Positions 24,301 through 36,400 of a DNA stretch of 64,000 nucleotides are shown here, piece by piece. Made by a program: the position numbers and the translations under genes. The DNA lies in assembly GCA_040954595.2 (NCBI GenBank), contig CM082576.2:4252760-4316759 (forward strand), written 5' to 3'. The DNA is from Balanoglossus misakiensis (Eukaryota > Animalia > Hemichordata). How positions within the stretch are numbered: the first letter of the stretch is position 1; each line of letters starts with the position of its first letter. The notes beneath the pieces were generated by a model that made no database searches, had not been told where the DNA came from, and was given only the letters and a program-made list of their open reading frames with translations.

Positions 24301-27300
24301 CGGTACTGGCGATCATCGGCGATTAGTCGCCACAAAGTTGCGGTCAGAAATTTGCGTGCCGCACATGTGCCACAACTTCGCCGCATGTTTGCCGCAAGAA
24401 AACAACTTCGTAAGGGTAGTCTTAACTTTGTTAGCCATTCAGAGGAGAGCATCATCTTTCAACGTAAAAGGACCCACGGCTTTGTGGAAATTATTTTTTA
24501 CTAGAGCTAAAAGTCATCGCGTTAATAGCAGATGTCCAAAACCACAAATGGCGCAAGTTTACCAAACAAAGGTTCACGAGTAACATTCTCAGATGCCACA
24601 GAAAATCAGAAACTCAACCAAGATTGAGTTCTTGGCGTGAAACCGCTCCTTTGAGAGAGAGAAAGAAAAAAAAGGAAATTGAGCATATTCTGGCTGCGTT
24701 TGTGACAGAGATATGCTCCACCATACATCAGTGGTCATGTCTGCAGACCATAACAGATCATTTAATCAACAACAATCAATTCACATAACAACCAATAACT
24801 ATGGTAATCTGAGAGCAGTGCAGTATTAACCATGCAAGGAATGATGTCAACCTTTTACTCTCCTTTTTTCTGAATGTCTAGGATTTGACAAAGCCTTCTG
24901 ATAAAGTCAGGTGCTCTTGCACAATGTATTTCATTATTACAAATCTGGAACACTCAGTTTGAACAATCGGTGTTCATATCACTGTCAACATCGAAGTTGC
25001 GTTGATCTTGCTGGTATACATATTTTCAGAGGTCTTTTCCTCACCAATTGCACTGCACTGAAAATCACATACTCTTTTCAAATTAAATTTAAAAAAGGAG
25101 TATTTTTTTAAATTTGGTGTAAAAGTGATATTCACACAAAAATGTGGTTATAAGTTGAGGTGATTCTGTGACTGTCTTCAACATCCACAAATATCAGATG
25201 ACCTGATGCCTGTTGTAATGCAGTGGCTTGCTAATATCCTCAATGGAAAACTCCCCAAGTAATCATGTAGCTGCAAAGTCGAGCTCCGAAGGAAATTGTA
25301 AATCGATTTCCAAAGCAATCATTCTAAGTTGAGAGAAAAAAAGATACACATGTGCCTATGAAGCAAAGAACAAATTTTCCTGGCCGTCAGCAAATGAAAC
25401 GGCAGTGATTATCCGTGTGACTTTTAGTTGTGTTTGATTTCTTGTTTCTGAGCTTGGTCTGGGAACCATGCATTTGCCAGGTTCGTTCCCTTGTGCGAAA
25501 TCCTGCTACAAGCTGGCGAACAAAGGTTCAAATTGTTCTGGTGTTTTTTCACAAATGGGGAAAAATGACCCAAGGAGGTCATGTCTAACAGCATGCTCAT
25601 TCCATTTTCCCGAAATATGGAGCTTTTCCGAGGACAATGGTCTTGCACTTAAAACCTCTTTTTGTGGTGGCGAATCTGAACCGATGCATTCATGGGAAAG
25701 TGTGAAAAAAAAGTGGTGTGATTTATCGTACTTCTCAGAAAATCACAAAAGCATAACAAGTCGAGGGAGTGATGCCGGGCTATACTACATTGGATCCTTT
25801 TGAATAATATGGTTTTGCTCATTTGAAACTAATGACAGGCACCCACACACCATGGTCGAAATCCTCGCATGGTTGTTTAACCGCTTTCATGTCAGACTCT
25901 CTGGCAACAAGAAGCTTAAAATTTCACCACAACATCTCGGGTATCATCATGGCCTGAATGGGGATCGATGTTAACAAAACTTTTCAGAAAACTCAAGCAG
26001 TGCATCGGTGGTTTGAAGTGATTGTGATTCAGGGAGGTATAATTATCAGACCAACAAGAGAAGATGGTAAAATCCCGACTGTGACAGCATTGTGTCTTTA
26101 CTTTTACTTATAAATGTCATTGAAAGACTTGGAATTGACGGGGAAAAAAACAGAGAACAGGTCAACTTTGTTGAGACGTCTACTTAAATAGTCAACTAAA
26201 TTGTATATCAGAACTTAATATACATGTAAGCTCTGTACTACAGAACAAATTAATAATCAACTGCAGATACTTCCACGTCAGGCGTTACACAAAATACGGA
26301 GGTGCACTCATGACTATAACACTCCAGCCAACTCTCTGCCGTTCCCCAATCTCATAATGCTCCCAGTTTGTTTTTGCTTAGATTCACCGTATGATAGGGA
26401 GGGTTCAACGACAGACAGACTACACGTTCTGCCTGAGTGAACACGTGCAATTCACTTCTATTACATTGCCCAGACCCAAGAGATTCACAGCCCGAAACTT
26501 TCCCAAAAGCTGGCTAGTTTATCTTCATCATTAGAGTCATGCCTCAGATATTTCATTTTGGGCGACTGTCTTCTGGAAGGCTGCGGCGCAATTATTCAAT
26601 ATAAAGTCCAATATGATCTGACAATGCTCGGCATACATCATAATTTACACTATTTTTGATTAAATCCAAGACACTTCATTAAAAGGACGCTGTCCCGTGC
26701 ATTGGAAAGTTTGCAGAGGGGGTGGGAAAGGACTTTGTTTCTTCAATGTCCGTGCATGGACGTTGAAAGTGTGGGAGGATGGACAAAGTGTGATTTGTGG
26801 GGCAATAATGTTCTGTCACTCCCCGAGGGGCTTCATGCATTGATTTTCATATTCAGGTTTACCGTGATACATGGAAGGCATTAACTTTTGCTTTACACTT
26901 GTCTGGCAAGATCAATACGTGGTGTTGAATACCAGATTGAAATATGTTTGACCATTGGGTGGCTAGCCAGTGTCTATATGGATGTATAATAAAATCACCA
27001 GTTTATGAATCTTCATGATCTGAAAGTTGTCACATGCAAAGGAATGTTTACATTTTGTGGCAACACAGGCAACAAAATAATAAACAAAGCATTACACGCA
27101 CAAGACACGTGGGGACTAAAATGAAGAAGTAGTGCCTGGTGTTCTGAAAAGAGTGAGCTAACCCTGCTCCACGTAGGGCTCACATCTATCCAGAGTCATA
27201 ATTCGGGATGGTCAAATACTTTGCAGTTACATTTGTGGCCATATTTTGATGAGCTGAGAGTGCCACAGCAACGACTCGAACGAGTCAAAATATGGACATT

Positions 27301-28837
27301 TTGCAAAAATGAGTTGTGTGTTTTTGCATGCATAAATCTAGCAATTTTGGATAAATATGACTTTTATATGAGTATTCATTAAACAATGAAATTTCTCTAA
27401 AATTTATAAAACCTGCATCTTATAGGCATGACCCATTGGTTACTCAAACCGTCGCGTTCCAAAAATTAACCAAAGTTAATGTTTACAGAGTGAGATTTCT
27501 ATGGGAAAAGGCAGTGATTTTGTTCAAACATCCAAATTTATGATTCGAATGTACAACCATCTGCCGTTTTGCAACGAACAAACATAAACCAGGCAAGACA
27601 ATGACCAACAAGCCTCTAACTCATCATTCAGGCTGAATTGCACACACGCCAGATGACATTAGCTAGTTACAGAAGGACTGGGAAAAAATAGACATTTGGG
27701 TCGCAGTCCATATATCACCGGGAATGACTGAGGAAATGGTGAATATAGACACAGCAAAGTAGAGACATGTGAAAGGCAGAGGATGAAATATTGCGCATCG
27801 TCCATTGCTAAGATGTCTATAGTACCCAAGTGTGTGTTTCATTAAAACCAGATGCATCTTCGAGATTTTGGGGGGCTGATTTAACTGTTCCTAGATGGAT
27901 TGTTAGCGCTGTTGATGTTGAAATTCCATCAAAAGTTTTACTTTTTGCCTGAAGAGAGAGGCTCACCTGTAAACTATAATTGTCTAAGTGCATTTTAATG
28001 GTGTTTTGAAAAGGGATGGAACATCTCCCGGGATGGCCAGTCAAAATCTTCACCTTTTCTACATTGTATCGTGCGGCAGTCAAGTTTATTATTGCTCATT
28101 AATTTTTAATTTTTCCAAGGCATCTTAAAAAATCTGCTCTGAAAAATGGCAAAATTGATCCCTTTAGACTGTCGGACTTAAAAGCTTTGCGGCATTAACG
28201 AGTTTTTGTAAAAAAAAACCAGCAACAGCTGGGTTAAAATCATAAATTAACTAATATCGTAAAACCCAAACCTGATGTTTATGTTATTTATGAGCTAATT
28301 TGGATCGCCTGAAGTAAAAAAAAATTCCTTTACAGTTACCACAAAATGGCTACTTTCAAAAGTCAATCAAACATTCTTTGCAAATAATTGTGGATACCTG
28401 GAGGCAAACTGAAGTTGAATTTTGGAAAAAATACTCGTAGTATTGAAATTTGATTTTTTCCTCCGATCTGAATAGGAATTCACAGCAAAGTCAGCATGGC
28501 TCACTGCGTTGTAAAAATCATTTGTAGATGTTTCTGATACCAAAGTTTTCAAGGTTTTCTGGAATGTGGGTACAGTTTATATGGAGTAATGACAGTTTCA
28601 GTGTTTATCAACTGGAGGAACAGCATATCATCCTTTTACTCTCTTAAAAACTCACAGAAAGATGAATGGGGGGCACGCCTAGACAAAGATTAGCTTGACT
28701 TAAAGATCAGACTTCAAAGCGCACAGCTATCTCGTCCTCAGCAAAGACTACGACCCAAATTTATGGCCGCAGTCACTCCTATAACAGGCCATTTTTATGG
28801 GACAATAATGATGTGATGTCTTGGTGATAGAATCTGC

Positions 28838-28869
28838 AGAGGGAGAGAGAAGAGAGAGAGAGAGAGAGA
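28838..28869 (+). repeat. Interrupted (GA)n microsatellite
   Basis: agagggagagagaagagagagagagagagaga. Confidence 0.85.
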
Positions 28870-30395
28870 TGCGTACATCTTCCTCGTCAGATACGGTAGT
28901 CGTAGATAAAGATGAAACAGACAGGTAGTACTTGCCGTTATCAATGATGTAGTATTATGGCAGAGCAATAGCCTGTCACACCGACCGTAAAGAAGACTTT
29001 ACCTTCATTTAAGTTTATGTGTACTGCGTTTTCCCTTTGGACGTCCCCAACTTGACATCTCTATAGTTTCTACAAATACCACCGGGGCGCGCGCACGCGA
29101 GAGAGCGTGGGGCAAGGGATTGGTAGGTGCAGTTAAAACGACTTTATGGCTGCATAAAAGCTTGTGTTATCTTGGTCTTATTTACTGAAATCTGCACTAG
29201 CAATGACCCATGAAACTGTATGACATCATTAGCAAGGTGCTAAAATACCTTTCAGGGCTTTTAGACCTGGGCGACTCCCAGTGTGTTCCCACATTCCTGT
29301 TTTTATGCAGGCGGACATAAATCAAGCCCCATGCTACTGCCGGAGCAAGGCGTAACACGGTTTTGTTATCTCAGCTCCCGAAAGTTTTTCAGCGTCTGAG
29401 TATTAGCAGGTGCTCCCCCCCCTGACCGATAGCTTTTACTCTTTAATATTGCAGTAAAGTTGGCTTTAATAGTGTGCAGTTTTTTTATGACTCTGGCAGA
29501 TAGCATCGCCTGTCTTGTCCCTGACGCTCCTTGCGCACACTCACACGCTGGCGATACAGCTTTGCTTCCTGCCGTGCGTGTTTAGTATCACGCTGAATGA
29601 CTGACTGCACACCGTTGCACTCTAGGAACTGCGTATTAACAAACGGTATTTAAAAAAGAGCAGGGGGAGGTGGTGTTGATACTGTAGTCGTCATGGTTAC
29701 TGCTCAGCTTGATCACAGAATGTGTCAGTGTCGTGGTAAAACAGCACCTTGCATGCGGGGAATATTGATTTAAAAAGAAAAACACCAAACGTGAAAAGTG
29801 AGTAATGTCTACTTGGTCAAACAACTGCAGTGTTTCTGACTTCTAGGCTAATTAATTTTTGAGACAACTCAAATCCGTTGATCCTCGAAATTTCTTGACA
29901 AACAAAGTGGTTTTATGTGATGTATGAAATTTCACTATTTTCAGTTTCGGTTTCAGTTTGCATGACATTTCGAAATTAAAAACACACCAGAAATTTATTT
30001 TCAAGGGAAATTATTTTAGCACAATTTTAGTGGTTGCCTTGATTTTCTCCTTTAAGACTGAGATATATTTCAGAACACTTAATGGGGCTATTGAGTTTTA
30101 ATTTAAAGTGTATCTTAGTAACTGTCTGGAGATGAGCCGTGCTTCTCCTTGCCCAGGGGTATAAAGATGAGATTGCATTATCGCCATTACCATCAGTCCA
30201 AGGTTAATTACCAAATTTGTACAACTCCCAGAAAACAAGCAGGAGTTAACTCTGCTTTGCTGGTCAACTTGCCCTAATGTAATGTTCCCCTAGAGTTTGG
30301 TTGCCGTGGAAATTGCTGCGGCGTTTCTCGCTTTGCCCTTGACTTGTCTACAGGCGATGGTAATGAAGTTTAGCAGGTAATGTCAGAAGATTTTG

Positions 30396-30419
30396 GAGAG
30401 AGAGAGAGAGAGAGAGAGA
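30396..30419 (+). repeat. (GA)12 microsatellite
   Basis: Seen directly. Confidence 0.95.
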
Positions 30420-33400
30420 AGAAAAAACTCATGGAAGTCTGACACAAGCAAAATGATAAACAAAGAGGAGCGATATGGATGACAAATTAGCTCTCTGGGA
30501 AATGCCAAACAGATTGGATCTTCCGACTGCGCAACTAGACTAGGGCTAATAGCATGACGCTTGCTTGATGCATACTTTGACAAAACCACCGTTGACGTAA
30601 AAGAAACCGGGACTTAATGAGCATTTTGGACTGTTTAGCCATTGCTTGCACTAACACACTTTCCCTTATCAGCTTTCCAGTACATTGGCTATTCCCCGAG
30701 AAAGTCTAAGACGATGAAATGATTCCTAAAATGAAATATGAAGTCTGGCTTCAAGAACTAATTAACGGGCCGTAAAAAATCTACCTTTCAAACCTTTTAG
30801 CGCCAACATACAGGTATGCTCAGGTTTCTCAGCAAAACTCAACAACAGAAAGAGTAATTGACTTATTTTTCAATTTAAAAATGCTGAAAAATGTGTGTTT
30901 AAACTCAGATATGAGACTGTATAATTTATTCATTGCGCAGTCAAACAGCCACCAGCTGATGCAAAACTTGTAAGACATATGCTTAGTGCCATGGGCCATC
31001 ATCGTCACAAGAAACGAGGACTTTTCCATTCATCAACTTCAAATGTCAAAATTATGGAACTTATTATCTTTAATGAATTAAAGTTAAATGTTATAAATCA
31101 GACGTGGCTAAGCTTTTTATGTGGGGATGGTTAAGTTTAAGTCAGGCTCTTGTCTCTGTTACAAATTTGTTTCTCGAATCAACAGGTTTTTCTTTCTCAT
31201 TTATAACCCACACAGTAGCCACTGCTTATGTGTGGGTACACTGTACATATATGTAAATGATCAAACTTAGCATCCCTCAATTGAGTAGCGGTTCACCCCT
31301 CAGCACAGGAATGATATGATCCATCTAAATGTGTCCGTGGGGATGACTATATTGGTCAAATATATGTATGAGATCTAGCCTTGAATATAAAACAGAAAGC
31401 AGTGACTGTCACAGGGGACCAATGTAGCAAGTTCTGTCCTGATCTCACCTAAGACCAATCCCATCCCCAGAAACTCAGACCAGCAAGCAAAACTTCAGGG
31501 GAGAAAACAAAAATCACTAAAAATTTAGACTGAAAATTCAGACTCACTGCGAGCATGGTTTTAATCCAGAGTGACACCAGTCAGATCCACAAGCTAGCTG
31601 CCTCTCAAGATACCATTTCAGATTTGCACTTTATCAATTCCTGGATCATTTTTTATTTCCAGACAAATTGAAAGTTTTTAAACTGCAAATTGATGGCAGC
31701 ACAAGTACACTTGTAGTGAATCCTTCATAAACAACTGGAAAGTGTGAGGAGTTGCTTGCGGGGGGAAAATCAGTGAATAATCCATTCAAATCAAATCAAA
31801 TGGAGAAAAGAAGATTTCTGCCGCAGGGTACAGGGGTCACTTTGCTTGCGAGAATATTGAATTTTGACAGGTCCGTATGGCAAGATACATAGAACCACCT
31901 TAAGGTATTGTGTCACATCTGGAGTGAGCTGGGGGGTTTTAGAACGCAGCCAAGTGTAAAGTTCCATGTCATTGGCTAAGACCTATAGGATTCTCTCTGT
32001 TTGTCCCTGCTTCAGTAAAGATGCAAGCCTGTCAATACGCATTACAATATTTCGTGGAGCGGCAGAAACAACTGTTAAAATATTTAACTTTGTCGTACAC
32101 AGTGGGACACACATCGAGAGACCTCCCCTGAAAATGCATTTTTTTCTCCCCGTTTTTCTGTCAGTGTTTTGGCCAACGGTGCTGAGAGCGCTTGCTGCTT
32201 GTCGCGTTCAATGCACATCGTTTGTACTTGGCCATAATTTTCAATAAACGGGAAACGTTCTGTGTAATTCAACAAGGCATGTTTAATGATTTCATCAGCA
32301 CTTCAATTGTGGGCTCAAAAACCTCATTTGCAATTGGCAATCAAAACTAAGAAGTCAAGAGAATTTGTCTTTCTGCCCTCTGATATTCAGCACAGACATC
32401 TCTTCAGCAAAACAGGTGAACAATTTGTACATGAAATGCAGTCAGCACTTTTAAATCACTGAGAAAACTAATGCTTACTGCAGAAATACATGTATGCTGT
32501 AGTATTTAATTAGAAAATTGCTGTATAATCTCTGTATTTGGATTTTTCTGGGTATTTTTAAGTTTACAGGGTTCACAAACTGTCAAGTTCATGTACACAA
32601 AATCCTTGGATTTGAATACAGAATATGCATTCAGGCAAATATACACATATGCATTAATTTCCCACCCGAGAGGATGCGCAACTCTAAAACTCAGATCATC
32701 TTACTGAGGTTAACACTTTGAAAAAACACAGCGAAAAATTAATATTCATAAAGGGGGTTGTCGGTTTCTAGGGGTATATCAGCTGTGGGTTTCGCATTAC
32801 ATTCCATTCCTAATAACTCGACAAGTGTTTTTATGCATTGCCTATGATAGTCACAACTTGCTAGCAACTCTCCAGGGCACCTGAATTTGCATGAAATCTG
32901 CATATGAAAACATTGATTTGTAGCTAATTTGCATGCGGTGTGCCCTGGCTTAAGCCTTGCGTGAACGGTTTGATTGGAGACTTATAAACGCACACACATA
33001 CGCATTGATTGAACAACAAGGTAATCACATCCTTGGAAGTGACCGAATAAATATTAAAACAGTGGAAATTGCAAACTGCCATTAGGTATTAAATGTATTT
33101 AAATGATTTCTTAAATTTTTCCTTTGATGGGAAATTCATACCACAAAGTAGCTGGATCGTTCTTATCACACTGCAGTTCAAATTCAAGTTTCACTCTCTA
33201 ACGCCACATGCCTGAAGGGATTACCCGTTACTTCAAATAATAGTGCTTAAAAGCACGGCTTTTCGCGCCCCCTAAAATAATTCCAAAGCCCACTTTGCTG
33301 CTAATCCGTTTCCTTCACTTTCAAAAATAATCACTGCGGATTTCAACACCTGGTAAACTGTGTAAGTCAGGACTCATTACACGCAAGTGGTGGCCACGAA

Positions 33401-36400
33401 TTCAGTGAAGCCGCCCGTTCAGCCGCTGAAAATGCAGCTGACGTTCAAGTCTGTCAGCGATCGCAACAGATCCATTACGTCTTAATTGTTTTCTTTATTT
33501 TATTTTCAAGTTGAAGTTTGCCCCCTATCAGTGAATGCCCAGAAGCCTACATCAAATAAACTAATTATCTGGGTGGAGTCCACAGTTCAGGTTACCACTT
33601 AAACACCACGCGCACACACACACTCTCCTCTCGTCATATGGCACATGCAGTCTCTTTATGTTAGCTATTCACCGTACAGTCGTTGCCTGCAGCATTCTAA
33701 TTCACTTTTAAACACCGCGAGAGTTACAACTTGCCAGAGTCTCTATTCATCTGGGGGGCAAATTAAAGGATGGAAAGTGATGAAGAAACTAATTGACAAC
33801 TACGGCCCCAGTGCTTCTCTAAATTTGAAAGATATCTCCGACGATTTTATTTTGGCACCTCACTCATCATGTGAGCAGAATCATTTGGACAGCAAATTGT
33901 TTTTTTTTTCACTTGTAGTCTGCAGAGAGAAAAAAACATACAAACTGCCACTGTCGTCGTGCCATACATATACATGTACATTTTATTGGTACATAATCCT
34001 TATGGTTTAATTTTTAATGATGTCATCTTGATTGCACAGATGGTATTAATTAACTAAATATTAATTTTTGATGTGATAACAAATTAACAATTGTCAACTT
34101 GCTGCATTAGTTATGGGGAAAAATCACTATTTTTTTATATAATTTTAGTTATTTTAGTTGCTTATGTTAGGTAATTCATTTTGTTTGTCACAGCTCAACT
34201 TACTGTCTCCTTCATGGACATAACACTTTGAAGACATATTCTCATTTTATACCCATACATGCATGTACAGGACATTGATTTTGTAATATCAAAAGTTAGC
34301 GATTTTGTCCCTTTAATTCCATATTATGCAAAAAAATCAACGCTCACACTTTTTGTGTCGGCACTCGTTTCAGTCAACTATGTGGTGCGATTCTGACCAC
34401 CGAAGTCTCCCAGCTGATCTTTTGTTTTACGCGGGCAAATTACTTCCCTTTCACTTTCGGCAAATTTCTGATCCGTTAATCCGGTCTTTAATCCCTATTG
34501 AAATGAGTTGTTCATTCCGTAAGCTGTTAATTTCCTCGGCTGTGAAAACGATACTAGCTTCTTAGCAACCAGCGCCTGGCCTTGTCACTTATCATCGCAA
34601 TCAATCAATATCTATCACACCTTTTAAAATATACCCTTTCACTGGTACTTTAGTGTTAGTCAAGTTGGCCAACAAAGCTTGAAAAGACTTCGGGTTAAGT
34701 TCCTTTACGGCGCATAACGGTCTATCTCTGCATGTACACCGTGAAATTCACATGTGCAAGTATTTCAGTAAAATAAGTCTATTTTATAATTCCCATTTAT
34801 TTATATTCACTGACATTTGATTTACAAATCTTTGTTTTTCAGTATAAAAAATACTCTAAATTTTAATATGTGAGCTTTGTAGATAAACATTAGGCAATCG
34901 TGGTTTTAATGAGGACATCTTTATGTTGCAAATCTGTTTTGTGGAAAAATTTAAATACAAGAAGGATGCATGTACATTAACGTGATTTTTCTATACTTTG
35001 AATAGGTTTTTCGTGATATTGTGATTCAGTATTAAAACAGAAGCAATAAAAGAGACAACACCATAAGTGACTTCCAGTCAAATATGACCAGTGTGAGATT
35101 GATGTGTACCTGCCACTGAGAACTTGAAATACGACCCAATGTCAAGGTTAGAGTCAATGTCACTCAGTGGAGCTGTGCTTCATTGACTCGTAAAAAAAAA
35201 GAAGAAAGAAATATGCCAAACAGAATAGAAGTATGATGTCTAAACTTGTAAAATATTCATTTGTGAATCGTCATGAAGAGTTATGTTTGTTGGAAAGACA
35301 CACGTGGCCCACGGGTGTTTTGGCCGATACAAATAAAAACGCAGAACCAAGCCAGTTTTTTTTCTTTGAGAATCATGCGCTTTCCTTCCTTCCTCGAGGA
35401 AACATGAAAAACATAAAAAGGAGCAGAGAGATGAAAACATAAAAGATAACTAGAATAATAAAGGACAGATCTGAGACAGCTGTAGAATTGTATAGACTTT
35501 ATCGAAAAATACAGTCAGTAGTCAGATTTATTGGCAACCATTTGTTCAAACCACCGTTTTGGAAGAAAGGTTAACTATACTTTTATTAGGAAAGCCATGA
35601 AAGTTATATGTTAGAGGTGAACAAGACGGCCAACCTGGAAAGTTTTATTTTGAAAACGTAGATCGGCATAAAAACAGGCAGGGTAGATGATGCAAAAAAC
35701 ATTTGCAGTAAGGTGAACAGTGTGTGGTTTCATTAATACGTCCATAACACGTGATTATTCGTGGCTGTAAATGTCAGATTTCATTGGGCTGTTTGGTCGG
35801 TAACGTCATCATTAACTCTCAATGTTAAGAATACTTTCTCTGTTGGCTAATAGCGGTTAGAAAACAAGAAAATGTTCAAATCTGGCCTGTGCTATGAAAA
35901 TTTCTATTGTGAAAATACACAACATGAATAAAATGCATAATTTATGGAACTAGAAAGCAAAAAACAACAAAACATTGACATGAAGTACACATTGTTTAAT
36001 TTGAAAAAGACAAGAGAAGAAACAAAATACATCAAACGCTAGTATCGATTGGTGAAACTTCTGCCGATGCAAAATGGCCGCAGATTCCCTCACAGCATCT
36101 CAAATTCGATCCCCAATTGAAAACTTTTTCTCCCCCAGCCTTTCGCTGCTGCAAATGATATGATTACAAATGGACTCCCGAAGACATGACTCCAAATTTA
36201 GTTCTCCCAATTTGACAGTAGTTTAATTAACTATCACACACTCCAGCGCTTTTATAGGTCTCTTGTTAGTCAGTTGTTTGTGTTAATGTGGACATTTCGT
36301 TGGTTCTGCATTCAGACAGGTCAATGATAATGACTGGGACTTTATCTTAGCTGGCCATTGGAGGGTCTTTCATCACCCTCCCGGTTCACTTGTCAGTCGT

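Larger units (their letters stand above)
22969..24416. mobile_element. Non-autonomous DNA transposon (~1.45 kb), CACTA/EnSpm(CMC)-like
   Basis: Terminal inverted repeats CCCTTACGAA (22969-78) / TTCGTAAGGG (24407-16), with TA on both sides (22967-68, 24417-18; probable target-site duplication). Both ends carry dense GC-rich subterminal arrays of the palindrome TTGCGGYR-N4-YRCCGCAA around an AT-rich core with no transposase ORF. The superfamily assignment is inference. Confidence 0.8.
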
